From: Sutterella faecalis
Lineage (GTDB): Bacteria; Pseudomonadota; Gammaproteobacteria; Burkholderiales; Burkholderiaceae_F
Length of the DNA: 30,000 nt
Reading direction: 5' to 3'
NCBI RefSeq assembly: GCF_006337085.1
Contig: NZ_CP040882.1
Span: forward strand, 18,654-48,653
Every line of letters begins with the position of its first letter. The stretch's first letter is position 1. The notes beneath the pieces are model-generated. The model ran no database searches and was not told the origin of the DNA. It saw only the letters and a program-made list of their open reading frames with translations. The position numbers and the translations under genes were made by a program. Below, one piece after another: positions 8,028 through 15,113 of the stretch.

Positions 8028-8774
8028 TCAATCGAAGGATTCCGAAAGGTCGGTAATGACGTAGCCGACGCCGGAGTATGAAGAGATGACGGAACCGTCG
8101 GCGCCGGCATCCGAGAGCTTCCTGCGGATGCGGGCAAAGGCGACGCGCAGGAGCGAAAGTTCGCCCAGGTGCTCGGCTCCCCAGACCTCCCGGATCAAGG
8201 CGTCGTGCGCAATGACGGCGCCCGGGTGCTTCACGAGCGCAAGAAGGAGCCGGAATTCCGTGTCGGAAAGACGGATGGGCGTGGTTCCCCACCGGCATTC
8301 GCGTTTTTCAGGGACCAGAATGAGCGGGCCGTTGACGAATTCCTCTGCGCGGGAAGATCTGTTTGCCGCAGAGGCCCTGGCGGAAGTCCTTCTTAATACC
8401 GCCGCAATGCGCGCCGCAAGCTCCTCCATGGCAAAGGGCTTTACCAGGTAGTCGTCGGCACCGGCGCTCAGGCATTTGGTTTTGTCTGAGAGTTCCGAAC
8501 GGGCCGTAAGCAGAATGACGGGCACCTCGCTTTCCTCCCGAAGCTTCTGAAGAAAGGCAAACCCGTCCATGCCGGGCATCATCAGGTCGAGCACGATGAG
8601 CTGCGGCTTCGGGTCAAGGCGTTCCCAGATCTGAAACCCAATTTCGCCGTCAGCGGCCTGAGCCGTGTCGTAGCCGAGCGTTTCGAGATTGGCCGCGACG
8701 AGCCGCCGGATTCGGCTTTCGTCGTCGATGATGAGGATGAGCGGGCGGGCGGCGTGGGGACTGGAAGTTGTCAT
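8028..8774 (-). CDS. OmpR-family response regulator (REC plus winged-helix DNA-binding domain)
   Basis: The receiver motifs ILIIDDE, LIVLDLMMPGMDG and DDYLVKPF are present, and the C-terminal region LSDTEFRLLLAL..GVGYVI is OmpR-like. The ATG at 8774 (MTTSS...) is chosen because the longer ORF from 8909 would overlap the kinase gene. Confidence 0.9.
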   Translation of the reverse strand: MTTSSPHAARPLILIIDDESRIRRLVAANLETLGYDTAQAADGEIGFQIWERLDPKPQLIVLDLMMPGMDGFAFLQKLREESEVPVILLTARSELSDKTKCLSAGADDYLVKPFAMEELAARIAAVLRRTSARASAANRSSRAEEFVNGPLILVPEKRECRWGTTPIRLSDTEFRLLLALVKHPGAVIAHDALIREVWGAEHLGELSLLRVAFARIRRKLSDAGADGSVISSYSGVGYVITDLSESFD

Positions 8775-8820
8775 GGCTTGTTGGGGGAAAATGCGGCCGG
8801 GAGAATGTGCTTGAATCCAT

Positions 8821-10971
8821 TCAATAGGGAATTCTGACGGTGAACGTGCTGCCGACGTGAGGCGTGCTCGCGACTTCAATCGTTCCGCCGTGAGCACGAA
8901 CGATCGCAAGCGAAATGACGAGCCCGAGGCCGGTGCCGCCGCTCCGTCTGCGCATGCCCATATTTACCTGATAGAAACGGTCGAAGATTCTCTTTTCCTC
9001 GCCTTCGGGAATGCCGATGCCGTTGTCGGAAACGGAGAGGAGAAGCTCGGAATGCTTCGTTTCCGCATGAACTTCAATGATGCACTCGCGCTCCTGGGCC
9101 CGGTAGCGGACGCTGTTCGAGAGGAGATTCGTGAGGAGCTGCAGGAAGCGGTCGGGGTCAACGTTGACGCACTCGGCGTCCGGATCAATGGTGATTCGGA
9201 TTTGCGCCGGTCCGAGCGCCCGGACGCGCTTCTGCGCGCGGAGGATGATGGGCTTCAGCTGCACGATCCGCTTTTGAATGATGAAGGTGCCGCCGTCAAT
9301 GCGCGCCACATCGAGCCAGTCGGAAATCAGCTGCTGGAGCGCCCCGACTTCTCTCTGCATGCCCTGAAGAAGATCGTCCTCAAATTCTTCGCTCCAGCCG
9401 GCATCCCTGCGGGTCAGGGTTTCCGCAGAGAGCGCAATGGCCGCGAGCGGCGTTTTGAGCTCATGCGCCACGACGCCGATGAGATTCTCCTTGAGGGTTT
9501 CCATTCTGGCGGCATCCGTAGCGTCATGAATGAGAATACCGCGGGCGAAGCGGTCTCCTCCCTCAATGGGAAAGGCCGTTACGTCGAGAAAATGTTCACC
9601 GGAAGCTGATTTGAGCTGAAGCCGATGCGTGCCGCCCGAGAGCACGGCCTCCGGTTCTGGCGCCTTATTGCCGGCCCGAAAGCATTGGGCAACAAGCGTC
9701 CCGGCAGCTGAGCCGAGGATCTTTCCTGAGGCGGATGCTGCAAAGAGGCGCTCGGCGCGGTGATTGGCCCAGACAATGACGCCCTCCTGGTCGAGAAGAA
9801 GAAGCCCGTCCGCAAGACTCTCAAAAATCCTGGAGAGCATTTCCATCTGGGTTCTGAGCGCTTTTGTCTGTCGGGCGACTTCGTCGGCGAGATGGCGGTT
9901 GACGGACTCGATTTCTGCGCGGGCGATGGAGAGCCGCTTCATGAGGAGGCCGAACTCATTCTGCAGAGCTTCAAACTCAGCGAGCGAATGTATGCGCTCA
10001 CAGGAAAGCGGCTCGGGTCTCGCGGCCGCTACCTGACTTTGAAGCTTGAAGAGCGCCTTTTCAATCGGGCGTCGTGCGAGCATGCCTGCCAAACCGGAAG
10101 CTCCCAGAACGAAAAGAATGAGAAGAAGGCTGCGAAGAACAATTCCGGTGAGTTCCATCTGACGCAGCGCATTGGGTTTGGCAACCATGACGCGCCAGTC
10201 TCCGCTGAGGCCGGTTTGGGCGAACCACCCTTCGAGGACTTTTTGGCCCTGAGCGGCCTGGAAGGGAATCGGTCCGGGAGAGGTTGGGCTTTCCTCCGGG
10301 ATAAGCGCCTCAAAAGTGCTGATGGGCGCAGATTCAAGCCCGCGGGAAGCATAGAGAATTCCGCCTTTGCTGTCGGTAATCCAGATTGCGTCGCCCGGAT
10401 TTTCGTATTCGGCGGCAAGCGCCGCAAACTTCTTGAGGTCGAGCGCGCAGACGGCGAAGCCGGCAAGTTCGCCTGTCCGGGTTCGCGCCTGAGCGCCGAT
10501 GTTGACGATGCGCTCATCCGCCGCGCCTGTTGCCTCAAAGCTCGCGGAAATCCAGTAGGGCGCATCGGTTCGCCGTTCCTTCCAGTGCCTGCGCCCGCGG
10601 TGATCCACGCCGTTGTTGGGAACGCCCGCCGGGTTGAGAAGCGGATGAAAGCCCCTTGAGATGCCTTCGGGCGTGTCGAAATGCAGATTGAGAAAGGCCG
10701 GTTCGGCGCGGGCGATATGGGAGAGCGTTCTGTCTCTTGCCTCGATAGAAGCGAGTTCCGGCAATTCCGAGGCCGCGAGAAGCATGAGTTCGAGCGCAGA
10801 GGAAAGCCTCGCGTTGATCGCCTCTGCAATGCGCTCGGCTGTCATTCTCTGCCTCTTTTCGAGCGCATCCATTTCGCTGACGACGTTCCTCCACTCGAAG
10901 GCGGCAAGCACGACGATGGGAATGATGGCTACGGCAGCCGTGGCGGCAGTGAGCGCTTTGCGAAACTGCAT
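8821..10971 (-). CDS. Sensor histidine kinase with two TM helices flanking a roughly 250-aa Cache-like periplasmic domain, then coiled-coil/PAS, HisKA and HATPase_c domains
   Basis: 716 aa. TM1 is AATAAVAIIPIVVLAAF and TM2 is IVLRSLLLILFVLGASGLAGMLA. The periplasmic segment contains RRHWKERRTDAPYWISASFEATG...IVNIG, a Cache-like pattern. The H-box is VVAHELKTPLAAI, and the N/G boxes are LLSNSVRY and GTGLGLVISLAIV. Confidence 0.9.
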   Translation of the reverse strand: MQFRKALTAATAAVAIIPIVVLAAFEWRNVVSEMDALEKRQRMTAERIAEAINARLSSALELMLLAASELPELASIEARDRTLSHIARAEPAFLNLHFDTPEGISRGFHPLLNPAGVPNNGVDHRGRRHWKERRTDAPYWISASFEATGAADERIVNIGAQARTRTGELAGFAVCALDLKKFAALAAEYENPGDAIWITDSKGGILYASRGLESAPISTFEALIPEESPTSPGPIPFQAAQGQKVLEGWFAQTGLSGDWRVMVAKPNALRQMELTGIVLRSLLLILFVLGASGLAGMLARRPIEKALFKLQSQVAAARPEPLSCERIHSLAEFEALQNEFGLLMKRLSIARAEIESVNRHLADEVARQTKALRTQMEMLSRIFESLADGLLLLDQEGVIVWANHRAERLFAASASGKILGSAAGTLVAQCFRAGNKAPEPEAVLSGGTHRLQLKSASGEHFLDVTAFPIEGGDRFARGILIHDATDAARMETLKENLIGVVAHELKTPLAAIALSAETLTRRDAGWSEEFEDDLLQGMQREVGALQQLISDWLDVARIDGGTFIIQKRIVQLKPIILRAQKRVRALGPAQIRITIDPDAECVNVDPDRFLQLLTNLLSNSVRYRAQERECIIEVHAETKHSELLLSVSDNGIGIPEGEEKRIFDRFYQVNMGMRRRSGGTGLGLVISLAIVRAHGGTIEVASTPHVGSTFTVRIPY

Positions 10972-11213
10972 GAGGGCGTCGGGAGAGGAAAGCTTGGAGA
11001 AGAGGATCGGTGCTTCGAACTTACCACAGGTGGGCGGCCGGAATGACCAGCTCCCAGTTGGGGATGCTGAAGCAGCGTTGAGGATAAGGAGGTCCTGCGG
11101 GATGAGAACGGCATGAAATAATCAGTTCTCGAGGTTCCTCAATATCGAGCAGCAAAACTGCGGGAGAGGAGCCGTGAGGCAGAACCTCTCTATGAGTCGC
11201 CGGATATTTCAAT

Positions 11214-11640
11214 ATGACCAACTTCGATACAAAGACGCTTTTTACTGCCGCTCTGATGCTCCCGGAGCCTTGGTACATCGACCAGGTTGATTTCCGTGAG
11301 GAGCCGGGCAAGGCCCGGACGCTTCACATCTTCATCAAATTCAGGCAGGACGCTCGCTTCCAGGATCCTGCAGCGGCGGGCGGAGCGAAAGCTTCCCCGG
11401 TTCATGACACGCTTCCGGGCACCTGGCGGAATACGAATTTCTTTCAATACCCGTGCCTCATCCATTGCGATGTTCCTCGGATCCTTGGGAGCGACGGCAG
11501 GATTCGGCAGGTTGCGGTTCCCTGGGAACGAGCGGAGAGCGGTTTCAGGCGGCTTTGAGTGGTTGATGCTCTCTCTCGCTCCGAAAGGGAATCGCCGGCC
11601 GCCGCCGATGATTTTTTCCTGCGCTGCGCCGCGGCAATGA
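11214..11640 (+). pseudogene. Decayed N-terminal remnant of an ISL3-family transposase
   Basis: The 114-aa ORF LPEPWYIDQVDF..LHIFIKF..VHDT..TWRNTNFFQY.C.IHC.VPR...VPWERAESGF follows the ISL3 N-terminal/zinc-finger pattern, but the CxxC cysteines are replaced (FQDPAAAG). The continuation (FEWLMLSLA..) sits in another frame, and there is no catalytic domain before the next gene. Confidence 0.7.
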
Positions 11641-11743
11641 GGATTGATGAGCTCCGCTCAGGACGCTGCCTCTGCCCGTACACGACATCGCCAATGGCAC
11701 AAGCCGATGGCTTTTTGGGTCGCGCCGTCTTTGATGCCTATTG

Positions 11744-12586
11744 ATGGACGTAACAAGAAAAATGGATGAAAAGGAATTCAGGGAAATTGAAGCCAGGCTC
11801 CTGAGCGACAAGAAGATGGCGTTGGAGATGACGGATGACATTTTCAAAAAGCTCAATGAACAAAAGCCGCTGACTCCGCCGGCTGTCGCCCGTCTCCGCG
11901 ATGAAATGATGCTGGAAAACACCTTTGATTCCAACGCGATCGAGGGTTCGCGCCTGACTCTGCGGGAAACCGTTCTGGTCGTCAAGGAAGGCGTTAGGGA
12001 TGGAAATGGGTTCCGCATGAAGGATGTTCTTGCCGCCCTGGGCTACGCTCGTGGCTTTGAGGTGATTTTGGATTTGGCAGATCAAGAGATCCCCTGCGAT
12101 GAGGACGTGATTAAGCGGCTCCATCAGTACGTCATGCTCGGCGCCTTCCCTGAATATTGCGGCGTTTGGAGGGATCACGCGGTCAGGGTGCTGGGGGCTG
12201 CCCTCAAACCGGCCGGGTTTCGGGAGATTCCGCAGAAAATGCACGATCTCGTTGCCTGGTACCAAAATGAAGATGCGATGCATCCGATCGAAAAGGCCTC
12301 AAGGTTTCATGCGGAGTTCGAGACGATTCATCCTTTTGCCGACGGCAATGGAAGAACCGGGCGGCTGCTTTTGAATTTCATGCTGGTCCGCGAAGGCTAT
12401 TGGCCTGCGAATATCCGTTGTCAGGAAGATCGCGAGCGGTATTACGCGGCGCTTTATTCGTTTCAAAGCAGGGGAAATGTTGACGATCTGACGGCGCTGA
12501 TCGCCGTGAGAGAGGCGGAGCAGCTTTTGTATTGCCTCAAAATCGCTTTGCAGCCGGAACATGCTCGACAGGGCCGTTCCTGTTGA
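11744..12586 (+). CDS. Fic-family protein (class II, putative AMPylase) with an internal inhibitory motif
   Basis: The Fic motif HPFADGNGRTGRLL is present, and the N-terminal inhibitory-helix-type motif SNAIEG matches (S/T)xxxE(G/N). The start is ATG 11744, with TTG 11741 or ATG 11762 also possible. The gene is visibly more A/T-rich than its surroundings. Confidence 0.88.
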   Translation: MDVTRKMDEKEFREIEARLLSDKKMALEMTDDIFKKLNEQKPLTPPAVARLRDEMMLENTFDSNAIEGSRLTLRETVLVVKEGVRDGNGFRMKDVLAALGYARGFEVILDLADQEIPCDEDVIKRLHQYVMLGAFPEYCGVWRDHAVRVLGAALKPAGFREIPQKMHDLVAWYQNEDAMHPIEKASRFHAEFETIHPFADGNGRTGRLLLNFMLVREGYWPANIRCQEDRERYYAALYSFQSRGNVDDLTALIAVREAEQLLYCLKIALQPEHARQGRSC

Positions 12587-12914
12587 ATTTGTAGTTTCTG
12601 TCTTTCGAAATCTCGCAAGAGATGCTTTAGAGCGATAGGATGACTTTCCTGCCGCCCGAGACGGATGCGACAAACTGTTCTCTCGGCCTTTTAGCCGAAT
12701 TGCTTCAAGGCTTGGGAAGCTCAGGTTGGGCGGCGTCGAGAATGGCGCGTAAGTTCTGAAGTGTATGAGGAAAAAGCTTGAGAAGCTGCTGGCTGATATC
12801 AGGGCTCTTAGGGGGCGGGAGGTCTGTAGCCATCCCTTATGGCTAACCGCATACGATTTTGATGGTAAAAACGATGTATTTGTGATGATAAAAAGTACCG
12901 ATTGCTTCTGTTTG

Positions 12915-12992
12915 ATATGATCATGATTGTATGAATGATGGTATCAATACAATCATGATTGTATAATGATTGTATCGTGATCGTATGATCAC
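12915..12992. promoter_or_regulatory. A/T-rich promoter/operator region with palindromes and ATGATTGTAT repeats upstream of the 13018 gene
   Basis: An 18-bp perfect palindrome atacaatcatgattgtat lies at 12947-12964 and overlaps a TATAAT at 12962-12967. ATGATTGTAT occurs three times (12923, 12955, 12966). The inverted repeat gtgatc-gtat-gatcac lies at 12977-12992. Confidence 0.5.
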
Positions 12993-13017
12993 GCCTGTTA
13001 TAAGTCGGAGCACAGCC

Positions 13018-14697
13018 ATGACCGAACTCTACGAAGCTCAAAAAGGACTTTTTCCGGAAAGAGAAACATTGACCGTTGAGTTCAAAAGTGATCCAAAAGG
13101 AGGGCTGAAGAATGACGTTGTCGTAGACACGGCAGTGGGTTTTGCAAATGCAGAAGGCGGAACGCTCTTCATTGGCCTAAACGATGACGGCTCGGTCGGT
13201 GGAGTGAAGTCGCCAAAATGGAGGAATCCGGAGCTGGCGGTTGCCTACATTGCTTCGCACAGCGTTCCCCCGATCACTGCAACGGCCGAAATCGTCAGGG
13301 TTTCTGATGCACTTGAAGTGCTTGCCATTCATGTGCCGAAAGCCACAGGCATTGTTGCAACGAATGATGGAAAGCTCATGAAGCGTCGCATTAAAGCTGA
13401 TGGGACACCGGAAACATCGCCACTTTTTCCGCAGGAATTTATTTCGAGGCTTGCGGAAATCGGGCGTTGCGACTATTCGTCCATGACACTTCCCAACACG
13501 ACGTACGATGACTTCGATGCCAATGAACGGCAGAGGCTTCGCGAGTTCCTCCGGGACAACAATGGCGAAAAAGCGCTCATGGATCTCGAAGATGAGGATC
13601 TCGACAAAGCGCTGGGGCTGGTCCGTGGCTCTCCCGAAGGCTTGATTCCTACAATAGCGGGGATTCTCATCCTGGGGAAAGAAAGGCGGATTAGACAGCT
13701 GCTTCCAGGCGCCGGGGCGGTTTTCCAGCACCTTGCCGGCACAGATGTGCTCGCGAATGAAGAGATGCCGCTGCCACTTCTGAAGGGCTTTCAGGCGCTT
13801 CTTGACCGCTTCAATGCAAGAAACAGCGAGACCGAGATTACGCAGGGTCTGGCGCGTATTGCCATTCCGACATTTTCCGAACAGGCGTTTCGCGAGGCGC
13901 TCGTCAACGCTTTCTGTCATCGCGACTATACGATCCTCAATCGCGTTTCCGTCCGTCTCTCTGATGACGGACTTGAGATCACGAGCCCTGGCGGTTTCGT
14001 TTCCGGTGTGAGTCTTGAGAACCTCCTCACCGTTGAGCCGCATCCGAGAAATGGACTTCTCGCCGACGTGTTGAAGCGCCTCGGATTGGCGGAACGGACA
14101 GGCAGAGGCATTGACCGCATCTTTGAAGGGAATCTTCTCTACGGGCGACCGAGCCCCGACTATTCGGAATCGAATTCCGACAGTGTTCGTGTTTTCTTTC
14201 CGAAGTGCGATCCTAATATTCCGTTCTTCCAGCTCATCATCGAGTATCAGAAGAAGCTCGGAAGTCGCATCTCCGTTCAAAGCTTAATCGTACTGTCTGC
14301 AGTACTCTTTGCCAAACGCCTAAACTTCGCCGGAATCGCCGCTGCGACGCATATCCCGGAATTGAGGTTGAAGCGCCATGTAGAGACGCTGGTCGAAGAC
14401 GGTCTCCTTGAAGCAAGAGGCAACGGCCGCGAGCGCGACTTTATTTTGAGTCCGAAGTTCTATAAAGCGCAGAAGCGTGTAATTGAGCACGTGCGCCAAG
14501 CCGGAATCGGGGCCGTAAAAAATGAGGATCTGATCATGCAACTTGTCCAGGAGCAGGGCAATGTGACGCGCAGTGACGTCGCCGCGCTCCTGGGCGTTAA
14601 TCCGCAAATAGCCTATCGGCTATTGAAAAAGCTGGTTGAGGACGGTGCTCTCGTCCGTGAAGGTGCCAAGCGTCTGAGCGTCTATCGCTTAGCCTGA
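13018..14697 (+). CDS. AlbA_2 (Schlafen-like) domain protein with an HATPase_c_4-like region and C-terminal winged-helix domains; putative ATP-binding transcriptional regulator
   Basis: The ATG at 13018 is preceded by GGAG. The N-terminal ETLTVEFKSD...GFANAEGGTLFIGLNDDG matches the AlbA_2 pattern, and the middle AFREALVNAFCHRDY...ERTGRGIDRIF matches the HATPase_c_4 pattern. The C-terminal regions (LVEDGLLEARG.., LLKKLVEDGALVREG) are wHTH-like. Confidence 0.8.
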   Translation: MTELYEAQKGLFPERETLTVEFKSDPKGGLKNDVVVDTAVGFANAEGGTLFIGLNDDGSVGGVKSPKWRNPELAVAYIASHSVPPITATAEIVRVSDALEVLAIHVPKATGIVATNDGKLMKRRIKADGTPETSPLFPQEFISRLAEIGRCDYSSMTLPNTTYDDFDANERQRLREFLRDNNGEKALMDLEDEDLDKALGLVRGSPEGLIPTIAGILILGKERRIRQLLPGAGAVFQHLAGTDVLANEEMPLPLLKGFQALLDRFNARNSETEITQGLARIAIPTFSEQAFREALVNAFCHRDYTILNRVSVRLSDDGLEITSPGGFVSGVSLENLLTVEPHPRNGLLADVLKRLGLAERTGRGIDRIFEGNLLYGRPSPDYSESNSDSVRVFFPKCDPNIPFFQLIIEYQKKLGSRISVQSLIVLSAVLFAKRLNFAGIAAATHIPELRLKRHVETLVEDGLLEARGNGRERDFILSPKFYKAQKRVIEHVRQAGIGAVKNEDLIMQLVQEQGNVTRSDVAALLGVNPQIAYRLLKKLVEDGALVREGAKRLSVYRLA

Positions 14698-14809
14698 TTT
14701 ATCAGCCGGCAGCTCAAATTGGAGTCTTCGTCTTCGGAAACGCAATGCGGATATCAAGCAGTGGGTGCCGCCAGCCGCAACCAAACCCATGCAGAACCAT
14801 GTGAAAGCC

Positions 14810-14861
14810 ATTCCTTGCAGACATCGGAATAAAAGGAATGCTGATTATTCCTTGCAGGAAT
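14810..14861. repeat. Direct and inverted ATTCC/GGAAT repeats in the intergenic region upstream of the dipeptidase gene
   Basis: attccttgcag occurs at 14810-14820 and at 14847-14857. The hairpin-capable aaggaat..attcctt and attcc-ttgca-ggaat (14847-14861) were read directly. Confidence 0.4.
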
Positions 14862-15113
14862 AGATGTTGCATCTGTCATTTCCTGAAACTGATGCCATAA
14901 AAAACAATAAGAAATGGTGCTTCATGTGTTCCTGAAGCGACCAAAATCCCGAATAAGCACAAAAAGCATGCCGCCGGCATGAACTGAAGTTGGGACTTGT
15001 CCGAATAGAGATCTACAACAAATGTCTTAATCTCGTCTCCACAGCCGGGAGGGCGCTTACATAGCGTCCTGACAGAGCTGAAAAAAGAAATACCATCAAA
15101 TGGAGAGAACTCT

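Noticed and set aside
8775-8909. N-terminal extension of the response-regulator ORF (start at 8909)
   Set aside because: It would overlap the 3' end of the kinase gene by 89 nt and adds a non-REC, low-complexity leader. The internal ATG at 8774 gives a canonical receiver-domain N-terminus.
12299-12673. 124-aa ORF on the - strand overlapping the 3' end of the Fic gene
   Set aside because: It is mostly antisense to the Fic catalytic region and has no supporting features.
12705-12833. 42-codon ORF on the - strand (MATDLPPPKSPDISQQLLKLF...) and the 77-aa ORF at 12808-13041, both between the Fic and AlbA_2 genes
   Set aside because: They are too short, have no RBS and are unrecognisable. The 77-aa ORF runs through the repeat/promoter region and overlaps the start of the AlbA_2 gene.
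13177-14280. 367-aa ORF on the - strand opposite the AlbA_2 gene. Similar cases are 28809-29963 opposite fadK, 6317-7288 opposite the reductase and 9760-10659 opposite the kinase.
   Set aside because: All are antisense to genes with clear domain signatures, have no RBS or motif support, and show biased composition.
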